A stretch of DNA of 63,496 nt, counting the filler, from Octopus bimaculoides (taxonomy: Eukaryota): the NCBI RefSeq assembly GCF_001194135.2. It is 3 parts of 2 records of this genome, joined end to end, with 100 filler letters (N's around TTAATTAATTAA, not from the genome) between each part and the next. Parts side by side here need not be neighbours in the genome. Positions count along the whole stretch, not along the records: positions 31,655 to 63,496 come from NC_068986.1; 2 more parts are not named here. One strand, 5' to 3'. A program made the position numbers and the translations under genes. The first letter of the stretch is position 1. Each line of letters begins with the position of its first letter. A model generated the notes under the pieces. It worked only from the letters and a program-made list of their open reading frames with translations. It was not told where the DNA came from and ran no database searches. Shown here piece by piece: positions 49,276 to 60,469 of the stretch.

Positions 49276-51688
49276 AAATCTTGGTAAATTTTGATCCTTC
49301 CACCCGCACGATTTTCACTAAGTAAAAAAAAAGGGCGGATTTTTTGCATGGAATCAAGTACCCTGACTTCCTAATATGCTGCAAACACCTTATTTTTGTT
49401 TGGAAAAAAGGGGGAGGAGAATCCTGGAATCATTGGAAATTTTTTTCTTTGTCGACTGATTTCCAGTGACTACTTAATATGCTACAAAACCCTTTTTTGG
49501 GGTCCAAAATACGGGGTGGGGTGGGGTGAAACCCTCAGAAATTTCATTCCCACCCCCATTTTCAAATATTTTTTGCCATTTCTTTCTTTACCCATAATTT
49601 TAGATAACATTTTGCAGAAATACGTTTTCGAGAAAGTGTGGATTACACTAGATTTGAAGAAGTTTGAAATGAATAAATGAAAAGCCAGAGGTTATAGAAG
49701 TTAGTTGTAACGAAGTGTGTGGAGACATAACAAACGATAAATTCAGCTAAAAAGAAAAAACACGTTAGAGTTTTTGCATGTATGTGTGAAATGAAGTAAA
49801 AGTATAATATTGAGAGAATATCTTTTTCCTACCTCTTAAAATCACTGGATATAATATACATATAATAATCCTGAATAGATTTCCCCTTTGCAATTTTTGG
49901 TGCTAAAATGTTTTTCATTTTTGTGCGGAGAGAGAGAGAGAGAGAGAGAGTGAGAGGGAGCGGGAGAGAGTGAGTGAGAAAGAGAGTTAATGAATGAGAG
50001 AAAGAGAGAGAGAGTGAGTGGGTGACGAAGTTTACCTGAACATTGAATGGGTAACAATCTATCATAATTATATATATCATTATACATCATCATCGTTTAA
50101 CGTCTGCTTTCTATGCTGGCATGGATTGGATGGTTTGACTGAGGATTGGCAAGCCAAGAGGCTGCAATGAGACTTCAGTCTGTTCTGGCAAGCTTTCTAC
50201 AGCTGGATGCACTTCCTAACCCCAACCACTCCGAGAGTGTGGTGGGTGCTTTTCAAGTGTGACTGGTACGGGGGCCAGTTTGCACGTAAAAAGTACCATT
50301 CGAGTGTGATCGATGCCAGTGCCATCTGACTGGGCCCCGTGCCAGTTACATTTGAAAAGCATCTACTACACTCTCGGAGTGGTTGGGGTTAGGAAGTGCA
50401 TACAACTGTAGAAACATTGCCAGAACAGACTGGAGTCTCATTGCAGCCTCCTGGCTTGCCAGTCCTCAGTCAAACAGTCCAACCCATGCCAGCATGGAAA
50501 GCAGACGTTAAACGATGATGATGATGATGATGATGATAATGATGATATGTAATGATATATATAATTATGATAGATTATTACCCATTCAATGTTTAGGTAA
50601 ACTTTGTCACCCACTCACTCTCTCTTTCTTTCTCTCTTTCTTTCTTTCTCTCTTTCTTTCTTTCTTTCTCTCTTTCTTTCTTTCTCTCTCTCTTTCTCTC
50701 TTTCTCACTCTCACTCTCTCTCTCTGTCACTCTCTGTTTCCACACAAAAATGAAACACATTTCGGCGCCAAAAATTGCAAAGGGGAAATCTATTCGGGAT
50801 TATTATAAACATATTATATCCAGTGATTTTAAGAGGTAGGAAAACGATATTTTGTTAATATCTTTTACTTCGTTTCACACATACATGCAAAAACTCTAAC
50901 GTGTTTTTTTTTAGATGAATTTATCATTTGTTATGTCTCCACACACTTCATTACGGCTAACTTCTATAACCTCTGCCTTTTCACTTATTCATTCCAAACT
51001 TCTTTGAATTTTCTCTCGAAAATGTATTTCTGCAAAATGTTATCTAAAATTATGGATAAAGAAAGAAATAGCAAAAAATATTTGAAAATGGGGGTGGGGT
51101 TGAAATTTCCGAGGATTTCACCCCACCTACCCCGTTTTTCGGACCTCAAAAAGGGTTTTGTAGCATATTAGGANNNNNNNNNNCAAAAAGGGTTTTGTAG
51201 CATATTAGGAAGTCATCGGAATTCAGTCAACGAAAAAAGAAAAAAATTTCCAATGATTCCGGGATATGGGGGAGGGGTGTCCGGTTTTCCACCCCACTTT
51301 TTTTCCGAACAAAAATAAAGAGTACTTGATTCCATGCAAAAAATCCGAGTTTTTTTTCTTAGTGAAAATCGTGCAGGTGAAAGGATCAATGGGAGTGGGG
51401 GGGGGGGGAAATTTCCGAGGCTTTGACCTCACCCTACCTCGTTTTCCGGGCCCCAAAAAGGGTTTTGTAGCATATTAGGAGGTCACTGGAATTCATCCAA
51501 TGAAAAGCAAAATTTCCAATGATTCCATGACAGGGAGGAGGGCGTCCGGGTCCCCCAATTCTCCGAACAAAAATAAGGAATTTGCAACATATTAGGAGGT
51601 CAGGGTACTTGATTCCACGCAAAAAATCTGAGTTTCTTTTTTCTTAGTGAAAATCGTGCGGGTGAAAGAATCAAATAATACCCAGATC
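49276..51688. repeat. ~2.4-kb imperfect palindrome (arms ~49276-50279 and 50328-51688)
   Basis: Arms mirror each other in order: subrepeat block (tgacttcctaatatgct..caaaacc), unique segment, (GA)n/(TC)n tract and RTE tail. About 85-90% identity by eye, 48-bp spacer. Confidence 0.92.
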
Positions 51689-51759
51689 TTATGGTTGCAT
51701 AACGAAATACGGTATCCGTACGTCATTAATTGTATATCTTAATGCTGGCCAACTATTGA

Positions 51760-52345
51760 TTCGTGTCAGCTCTCTCTTTTCTATTACAACAATTACAACA
51801 CTGACCTTCAGCACCTCTGAACAATCGACTTCCTCCCTTCTCTCCTTCAAATTGGGTGTCAGATGCTGAGATATTCACATTTCTTATGCTTTCGGATATC
51901 TAAAGTCTTCTACAATGCTCTCTAATGCGTTGTGATTGCAGTCCAGTTGTACAACAAGCTTATAGATTGTGACTCCTCTAAGTCAATTACTTCGTCATTC
52001 GTTGGTGATTCGTGCCGGTGGTCGCATTTGATGGCCTTTTTACAGCGTGGTTTGTGTTCAAAGCTGTTCTTCTCTTTACTGAATTTTTTCAAACTCGTAC
52101 ATTTCTCTTGTCAATGGCATCCTCCTTGTAATCAACGTAAACCTTCTGTGAATGTCAGACAGCATACATTTCTTCGCCGTCAAGAGTTCAATGACGGGAC
52201 ATTGCTTGGAGCTCATTATTTGCCTGCAGTGAAGAACAGGACGAAGAGTTTCTATAGAGAAAGAATTACATTACCAGCATGTATAGTTTGAACGATCTGT
52301 GTCAGTTTATAAAAATGTTATACCTACTTCGGTACGACTCTCATG
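51760..52345 (-). pseudogene. Mariner transposase 5' half
   Basis: ..PVIELLTAKKCMLSDIHRR..EDAIDK.NV....KKFSK..TALNTNHAVKRPSNATT..RVTIYKLVVQLDCNHNALESIVEDFRY..QHLTPNLKERR. TIR-like tgagagtcgtaccgaagta near 52340. Confidence 0.75.
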
Positions 52346-52385
52346 GATACATGTTAACACAGACACACACGCACGCACACATGCA

Positions 52386-52478
<93 letters not shown>

Positions 52479-52988
52479 AAATAAAAATATATTCACTTGA
52501 ATTAAGAGCTCAATTGATTAATATGTTAAACTCCAATATATTATTGCTTCAATGCAATATTCATAATAGTAATGAGTTGGCGTTGAGTTAAAATTAGCTA
52601 AAACGAATGTTCAGGGCAAGTTGTTTAGAAGAACTAAAAACAAAGATTTGAATGATATTTTAAAATTTCATAATCATGTTCTACTGTTATTCTCACGGAG
52701 CAAATACAAGTATCATCCGTCATATAATCCTACTATAATTAATTCGAAATTAATTAATTTGAATGAGGAGAATAAACTATTTCAACGAAAAGTGAAATAT
52801 GAAGATAAAAATACCATTGCTATTTTAAATACTACACATTCAGAAAAGATATATATGCTTGTAAATACACACACACACACATACTCACACTCTGAATCAA
52901 TTCGAATAAACAAACAATTAAAAAAAAAAACGAACGTGAGGACGTGCACAAGAAATATATTAGCTTGATGCTCGGTGAAAGGAGAGAG

Positions 52989-53021
52989 TTTGACGTTTCG
53001 AGCACAGCTCTTCGTCGGAAA
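52989..53021 (-). ncRNA. Minimal (dimer-type) hammerhead motif in a PLE pLTR-like segment
   Basis: ttt CCGACGA a gagc-tgt-gctc GAAA CGTC aaa: U4C core variant, 4-bp stem II, palindromic ACGT stem III, GUC site, 3-bp stem I. Confidence 0.7.
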
Positions 53022-53129
53022 GGGGAATAGAAAAAAATCCAAAGATAGAGGAGAAATCACCAATGGCACACGCGTAGTTACAGATATATATCAGCCAACT
53101 CGCCTAGATAGAGGGGTGGCATTATTTGA

Positions 53130-53831
53130 AAGCTAAAACTATGCAAAAAGCGCATTGTGACCAGCGATGTCTAAAAACATCCGATAGTCAGCTTATATAT
53201 ATTACCCGAAATTTATAGTATTAAGTATCCATCACGACTGGTCTTAACAATCGGTTTTGCACAAAAATACAATGGAGTGTTAGATAACAATCCAATTATA
53301 TAATTACGCTCATCAGAGGTAGCCGATATGGAAGGGAATATGGCGACTGCTTTCTATTGTCGGAAGTAGATTAGCGCAGCCGGTCAGCGGCTGCTGTGAA
53401 AAAAGTGGTGAAACGAAAAATGGGCATGGGGATTTGGCTAGGAGTCATGTCCCTTGGTTAAGTATGTTGTGAAGCCAGCAAGAGTTATCTTGAAGTGGGG
53501 AAAGTGTCTAATAATGTGGTGTCCCTGCGGGAATGGGGTGTGTGGTATGTGTAGCGGTGTCATATGTATAATTTTTTCTGGGGATGTAGGTATATATAGC
53601 GCGGTGTTCGCTGGTCTGTTTTCTTTCTGTAAAGGATAAAGTTGTGGGTCTTTTATAATAGCGTGCGGTGTGTAATGTATAATGTGTATATGTGGGGTCT
53701 GTGTATATATGGGGTACAATTTGCGTGAGTGTGTATGTGCTGCGGGTGGTGGGGGATAGTTATGTCCACTTTGTAGGGGTATGCGTATGTGTACATTGGT
53801 GCATGTCATGGTCAAACTCTTTTTGCCGGGC
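53130..53831 (-). mobile_element. Inverted 3' UTR/pLTR segment of a Penelope-like element
   Basis: Its start (53804-53831) is 27/28 inverted-identical to 54127-54154, the UTR behind the first EN fragment. It contains a degenerate CTGATGA..GC(A)AAAC at 53316-53254. Confidence 0.65.
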
Positions 53832-54067
53832 ACGTCTGGGCTTTGAAAGAAAGCGCCACGAAGTACATCATAAAGTGGAAGATCATAGAAAGATGCAAGC
53901 TGTACTTCAATAGTAGCAGAAAGAGCAGATTATGCCAGGCTGAGAAGAGAGCGATTTTAAAAGGTGCCCAACGCTCGGTTGTTTACCTCAATAGCAGGAG
54001 TGAGGTATTTAATCCTTGTGCGCATGAAAGAAACTACATTCTGTTGTACCTGCGTGACCCACCATGA
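53832..54067 (+). pseudogene. Penelope-like element GIY-YIG endonuclease C-terminus (copy A)
   Basis: HVWALKESATKYIIKWKIIERCKLYFNSSRKSRLCQAEKRAIL..YLNSRSEVFNPCAHERNYILL*. Confidence 0.88.
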
Positions 54068-54183
54068 CTGCATCACGGGTCCCTTGCCTTGACCTTCCGT
54101 AAACGACCTGCCACCAATGACCTTGGGCCCGGCAAAAAGAGTTTGACCAAGACACACAATAACAACACCCGTGGGTACAGCAT

Positions 54184-54548
54184 CGACAACACACGCCCAC
54201 AGAGATACATTGGATGGTCCGGGAACTCTTTCAAGCAACGTCTCTCTAACCACAGGTCCTCCTTCAGAGTTCCGAAAAGGAGATGCGTAACATCACATCT
54301 GGCAACTAAAAGACGAAGGGCTTCCATACTCAATCTCATGGAAAATCCTCGAGAACCCAGGCCTCTACATCAACGGGACGAAGCGTTGCAAGTTATGCAT
54401 AGCTGAACGCGTGAGAATCCTAAAAGACTTACTCGAACCAGGGAACATACTTAACTCCAGAATGGAGATTTTTGGGTCATGTTTACATTTCAAGAGGTTC
54501 CTGCTAGCAAAGGGAGATAATCCCCAATTGCTACCTTTGAGTAGTTAG
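54184..54548 (+). pseudogene. Penelope-like element GIY-YIG endonuclease (copy B, one frameshift)
   Basis: RYIGWSGNSFKQRLSNHRSSFR, then in a shifted frame HIWQLKDEGLPYSISWKILE..YINGTKRCKLCIAERVRIL..NILNSRMEIFGSCLHFKRFLLA*. Confidence 0.9.
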
Positions 54549-54595
54549 GCATTCCCCTCTCCATATTTTTAAGAGGTCATGGGTCAACAGGTTTT

Positions 54596-54658
54596 TGGGA
54601 TCTGACGATACGCCATAAAGCTAAGCCCTTTAGGGTTGGGAAACCTAAGGTTATCCCA
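54596..54658 (+). ncRNA. Type I hammerhead ribozyme motif in the pLTR of PLE copy B
   Basis: Perfect stem I tgggat/atccca, core CTGACGA (54602-54608), GAAA at 54640, stem III ACC-taa-GGT, GUU site. Stem II is irregular (cca/tgg plus an inner agccc/gggtt hairpin). Confidence 0.72.
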
Positions 54659-54747
54659 TGAACCGGCTTTCTCCATTTTTAATATATACTGCTCTATATC
54701 TTAGAGTGTGCTTCTCTCGGATTTATGTTTTTTACTGACGATATACA

Positions 54748-54793
<46 letters not shown>

Positions 54794-55148
54794 AATAAAT
54801 AAATATAAAAGTACATATGTAGGTATGTACACACACACATACATAAAAACAATATATGTTTATGTAAAATGTGTGCGTTTCTATGTGTGTGTGTGTGCGT
54901 GGGTGTATGTACGGCTAACAACAAAATGAACGCTAATACAAAATATTTGACGTCTATAACCGAATTAGTGCGTTTACTTTATTTATATTTCTTGCAAAAT
55001 TATCTAAATTCAGGAAGAAATATTATTCATTCACATATATTTTGAACATATAAATTATCATATATACCTATCCAAATTTCTCTGTAGTGCATAGATGATT
55101 TTTTTCTCTTATCAACTGGGTTTCATGCTGTTATTTTTTACGACTACT

Positions 55149-55754
55149 GGATCTTTTTTAAAACGGGGGCCACGTTTTTCATTAACGAAACACTTTGAAA
55201 CTTGGAACACTGGTAGAATGTGTCATATAAAACATCTTTTTCTCTTAGTCTTCTTAAAAAAAAAGAAATCCCTAAGTTATTCCATGTTAAAGTTGTCGTA
55301 TTTCTGTAATTTCAACCAATCACTGACGTCCATTCAGCCGATATACATTAAGTGCCGACTACATAAACAAACGATTCTGAAACAATTCTATCGGTGATAG
55401 GGTTAGGGTTAGGGTTAGGGTAAAACAGCAAATTTAAAAAGAAAAAAGCAAATAAAACGAAGAAAAAAAAAAAGAAAATGAAAAAAGCAAATTTAAAATG
55501 AAAAAAAGCAAATAAAACGAAGCTATGGCTTAATCAGCCAAAGGAGTAAATATAAACAACTGAATACTTGTCAGTGATTGGTTGAAATTATCGAAATAAG
55601 ACAATTTTTTACATGAAATAAATTCGAATACAAAAATATTTTTCTGTTCTATAACACAAAATAGATAAGTATACGAAGTTTGAAAGTCTTTCGGTACCAA
55701 AAACACTACGTAAAACATTAATGAAAAATGTGGCCCCCGTTTTAAAAAAGATCC
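55149..55754. mobile_element. Inverted-repeat element (~200-bp arms) enclosing telomere-type TTAGGG repeats
   Basis: ggatcttttttaaaacgggggccac mirrors gtggcccccgttttaaaaaagatcc; the inner aatttcaaccaatcactgac is also mirrored. tagggttagggttagggttaggg lies at 55398-55420. Confidence 0.85.
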
Positions 55755-56569
55755 CTGAAACAAGTAAAAGATAACAGATAATATATCACTAATACTTTCA
55801 AATGACAATATCCGACCATTTAGTTGTGAAACTATTTGGAGACAAAACTTAACAAAGAAGACAAATCATTACAGAACTTTAAAAAAAGGTAACTGATTTG
55901 TGATTTCCGAGCTTAGGAAATGTTGTGGTGGTGATTGGTCGCTCATGTCGAGCTGGTTAAGGATGATATATTTTAAACGTCTGAGTCGCCATTGACGCAA
56001 TGAACGGTTTTATGGCTCTATCACCATTGTTGTGGTGTGCTGTACTAAAGTAATGTGGAGTGTATTGTTGATTGCGTGAATAATGACTGAAGCAAACTCG
56101 CAGACATTTAACTTTGATATTTATTGCCGGACATGATATTTTGTGTTGGTTACTTAGAGAGAAAAATGTTAATAATACAATTACCGACTGGGAAGAGGGA
56201 ATACCACCGTGTCCGTAGAAAACAACCTATAAGACATCGTGCAAATGTTCAGAATCGATCCGTCCTGTGCAGTTCGTTTTTCACGAAATCACGGGAATGT
56301 AATGGTTGCTGTATGATAGATGCATTGGAAGTTGGTATAAATGACAAGAAAATAGAAAATAGTTAAAATGACTTTTATTTACCGTTACAAAATAACCCAA
56401 CTGCTTCGAGTTGTTATTGTATAAAGACTTGTAAAAATTCCGTTGTCATTTGTCTAGATCATACGGTACACTTATATTCTTTTCAAAATTCGGCGGCACA
56501 CCTGAACTAAAAATATAACTAAAAGTATAGGGGGAAAAATTATATTCAGGTTACACTGCCTCACACCTA

Positions 56570-56630
56570 GCATCATCTCGTGACACACCAGTGTGTCGCG
56601 GCGTACAGGTTACGGAGCACTGGTCTAGGT
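56570..56630. mobile_element. hAT (Charlie-like) terminal fragment
   Basis: gacacac-ca-gtgtgtc palindrome, end caggttacggagcactg, followed by gtctaggt (NTCTAGRN-like target). A possible left TSD gtctagat lies at 56452 but the left TIR is poor. Confidence 0.5.
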
Positions 56631-56745
56631 TGCTGTGGTCATTTGTTTTCTATAGCTATGTGGCCAAAGGAAAAAGGAGAGAGAGAGTGAGAGAATTTGC
56701 TTCTATGGATATTGCAGAGCAGAAAGGGTGAGAGATGTATGTTAA

Positions 56746-57036
56746 CCCTTTACCTACCAGTGATCTCATATGAAATCACTTAAAAATTACAAATTTCGTA
56801 ATTATCTGTCAATATTTACACATATCTAACCTTTTTGCTATATCTACTAGGTATATTTCTCTGATATTCAAATGAGGTTTGCTAATTTTTCACCCAATAT
56901 CTCGCTTATTTCTATTTAAAATGTTATTTTGAAATGATATTTTCATCATTCCAGCGTGTTTCTAAGGCTGTTTTATGCTAGAAATCAAAGTTTCATAAAA
57001 AAAATTTCAGTTAATAGAATTATGGGAGGTAATGGG
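56746..57036. mobile_element. piggyBac-type MITE, 291 bp
   Basis: TTAA at 56742-56745 and 57037-57040; TIR ccctttacctacc versus cccattacctccc (11/13). Confidence 0.85.
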
Positions 57037-58639
57037 TTAACTCAGTGACAACCATGAATAAAGAGAGGGAGGCACATCTTCTCTCACTGACAGTGATAAG
57101 GAAATAAGGCAGGGATGTACTTTTGCCAAATACCGAGTAAAAGAAAGAAGCATCTTAAGTCTTCCTAATGCTGCGTAAAAGAGAGGAATATACCTATGGC
57201 AAAGGTGCCGAATAAAAGAGAAAGAATTCTGTTTAGTGTTCTGTATATATAATAATTTCCTAGCTAAAGTAGGTCTAGAGAACAAAAGATTTTTCCTGGG
57301 TTATCGAGGTTGAACCGTTGGTGGCCCAAGAAATGTCAAGAAATGGCTCGTAAATTTCGAGGTGCACTTTGACAGAACAAATGAAAGAAGATAGCGGAAA
57401 TACTTAGGCTACGGTTTCGATTCCTGGTTGAAAATCCAAGAACCAATGATTTTACTACTCCCTCTCCATTGAGCTTGTCATAGAAAGTTAACTGTACGAG
57501 GAAAAGTTATAGAGATGTGCACTGTGCGAAAATTAAACGAATTCTGAATTAAAAGTGCACAGGGTATATGTGAATGTGAAGCAAGGTTAGAAAAATTATA
57601 GGTACCATGAGCGAGAATCTGAGGTTAAATATACGAGAGTGCAGGTGCATATTCGAGTAGGTTCGAACAGCATGCAGTATCGCTTGTGTGCAAAGTGCAA
57701 TATGGGATTCGTGCGGTGTTGGCTTAGGGACAGCGTTGAATGAGTTTGCCCGGGATCTGATACCGGATTGCTCATACATGTCCGTGTGAATACGGTGCAG
57801 CTGCTAAGTTTCTTTGAAAGGAGGCGAGAGAGTGCTATTCTCAATCTGTGGTATGGCAAAGAGACTTCTGGCAGAAGTGTGCATTGAGTAGTAGGTGTCT
57901 TAGAGGAAGTGCATAGACCTGATGTACCTGGCGCTGAGGTGATGTATAATTGCTGTGAGCAAGCAGGAACACCAAAGTGCAAGAGACATGCGAGATGTGC
58001 ATCGTGACCAACGTGAGGTCGTATAGAGGTGGAAGTGGTGGGCTGTCTAGAAGAGAGGAAACAGAAAGCGTGGTCAGTGTTTTCTATTTCGAAAATTCAA
58101 GAGAATGTGACAGGCAGTGTTGACAAGTGTGCTCAAGTTAAGTTTTTAAATGTTACTTAATCTCAAGGGAAATACTCTTTAGGTGAGTATTACGACAATC
58201 ATAAAATGTGAGACAATATTTTAAGTTGAGACACCGCTCAAAAACAACACCCCACAAGGATAATAATTTGCCTTTCTCTAAATTTTTCATTGATTATTTC
58301 TATAAATGTACCTAAAGTTTGTTAGGTATTCTGTGTTGTCAATAATCAATATTTGGCTGCAAAAAAATACATGATGTCTGCAAGAAGCCTTTTCCATTGT
58401 AATAAAAACTGTCAATTTATCGAATTTTATGTATTTCAAGACGGTCTTTCTCGAGAACTTGTGACAAAAATGACGAAGAATTTGAAACTCCACCGATAAA
58501 CACAGAAGTGTGAAGGCTATCAGGTGTAATTGTCTTCGTTTGTTTGTGGCATTTCTGAATTGTGTGTAGCTTGGTGAGCAGTTGATTGCTGTCAGGTAAA
58601 AATAAATCCTCTAATGTCACGTGTAAAAGGAATAACGCG

Positions 58640-59230
58640 TAACAGGGAATACAAATCCAGGGCAAAAAATGTATGGTTCTCTCTACATGCTATAAACCAG
58701 TGGCCAACAATGTGTTTGCTGTACCAGTACTCATACATACATTTGAACTACTCGATTGGCGCTAAATAAAACCAGGGCTGTTGATATAAAAATCTGAAAA
58801 CTGTTCGCCACCTACAGAAATATGCACTTCAATAGTGATAATGACCACCAATGGAAAACAAGGAGGCAGAAGTTTATCATGGATTCAAACAGCCTTTAAA
58901 TAATATTTTCCTTTGATAGTTTTTACTAGCGACCAAGTATTAAAGCGCATCTATAATGAAGGAAATGGCATCATAAGAGTCAAACAAGAGCTCGCCAAAA
59001 ACTATTCCCTGACGAATAATCAAGGATACACACCCAGGTAAGTTGAACAGATTTATCGTAACATATCACCAGAAAATAAGCTTTCTGCTTACCAACACAG
59101 GGGTATGCACGACTTGTTGCCAGTAAACCTCTGAGTGACAATAACATAGACAACCGAAGTATTCTATCTTGGATAAATAACCTCTCACTTTGAAGGCTAC
59201 TACTAGAGCTCCTAATACAATAAAGCCTTA
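58640..59230 (+). pseudogene. R4/Dong-clade non-LTR retrotransposon fragment
   Basis: HAIN..NVFAVPVLIHTFELLDW..DIKI.KLF..YRNMHFNSD....KQGGRSLSWIQ, and later ID..S..W....TSHFEGY, matching the AIN.WA.PVL.YS..W..LDRKTRK..H..DRLY.PR..GGRGL pattern. Confidence 0.75.
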
Positions 59231-59284
59231 TAAGCCAGCGGGCTCACAGAGAAAGTTACCTACACACTTCACTATCTGCCCCAC

Positions 59285-59840
59285 AAACAAAAAAGAGACA
59301 CCGTAATATCTTACGGTTCACATACCCCTTCTCACTCAATGTAAAATCTAATGTAGCCAGAGACTTCCTAATTCAAGTAGAAAAATGCTTCTCTCTTGAC
59401 TATAAATATAAAAATTTTAAACAAACAGCCTTAAAATTACTTGTAGATGCACAACAAATACGAAAAATATAAAACTGCACACAGTGACCAACAAAACCTA
59501 AAATACATGCTCAATAGAAACCCTAAAACATGCCCACTAGACAAATCCTGCAACGTAAACGTAATAATTCAGAGTTCATTTCTATAGAACTCAATCTAGA
59601 AGAAACGCATAAACGTTACATAAGCATAACAGAAGCAAAATTTAAACAGAAATGTTATAATCATACTTCCTGCAAAGATCTAGACCCTACCAAACTGGAA
59701 GTAAAAGATGTTGTTTGCGCATTGCAGTGAAGAAAAAGATCCTTAGGAACTTTCACAAACAAGACCTCAATTTAAACATCAGATCAGAGATATTCAAGAA
59801 ATGTAGACGCTTTGAGAAGTACTTATTATGCAACAAAAAA
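59285..59840 (+). pseudogene. Penelope-like element linker plus GIY-YIG endonuclease (copy C, degraded)
   Basis: KRHRNILRFTYPFSLNVKSNVARDFLIQVEKCF; C....PKTCPLDKSC; KRYISITEAKFKQKCYNHTS; LNIRSEIFKKCRRFEKYLL. Confidence 0.85.
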
Positions 59841-60059
59841 AACTATCTTTACACGACTAAATCACATATATGCGTAGACAACTGGTATTATTTCACCTCA
59901 GACTTTCTTTTCTCTTTCTTTTTTCCAACTTTCCTCCTATCATTCGCCTACTTTTTTTTTTTAATATTTACCTTCCTACATTCATCTTTTCTTTCCATGC
60001 CCTTATTATTTTCGTTTTTCATGGACAACAAAAAATTTGAAAATAAAAATTGTCCTAAA

Positions 60060-60374
60060 TGATATTTATTTATGGTTTTAAAGGGAAGTTTATTTGAAAA
60101 ACACAGTAATATATTTATTTTATATTATGCTACGTCAAAATAATTCATATCCTTGAGGTTGGATATAGACTACACTGTAACAATGTTATAACACTACATA
60201 AACTTAATCAGTAACAAACATGTAACAAACTTATATCTCTTCTCAACGATTTCTACGATTGCCTTCGCAAATGCGACTGCACACACCACACTATACGTTG
60301 CACTGTCAGTATGCATGCGCCTTTGTAAGGTTTAGGACAGTTCACTTGCTATCTCATAGGATTTCACCACAACG
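60060..60374 (-). mobile_element. Probable 3' LTR of the Gypsy element
   Basis: Minus strand: polypurine tract aaaatggggaga (60386-60375), then (t>c)GTTGTGG; ends aataaatatCA at 60060. No second LTR is available for confirmation. Confidence 0.5.
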
Positions 60375-60469
60375 TCTCCCCATTTTGAGCTTGACTTTTC
60401 TGGGAAGTCAATATTTTTCTTTTATTTATTACATATTTATTACCACCTTCCCACCCTCCCTTTTTTACT

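Noticed and set aside
51147-51210. Exact duplication caaaaagggttttgtagcatattagga either side of a 10-N gap
   Set aside because: Typical unmerged contig overlap and likely an assembly artefact, although similar subrepeats are genuine elsewhere in the arm.
52621-52968. 115-aa AT-rich ORF (MFRRTKNKDLNDILKF..)
   Set aside because: No recognisable domain, composition explained by AT richness, and it runs through an (AC)n tract.
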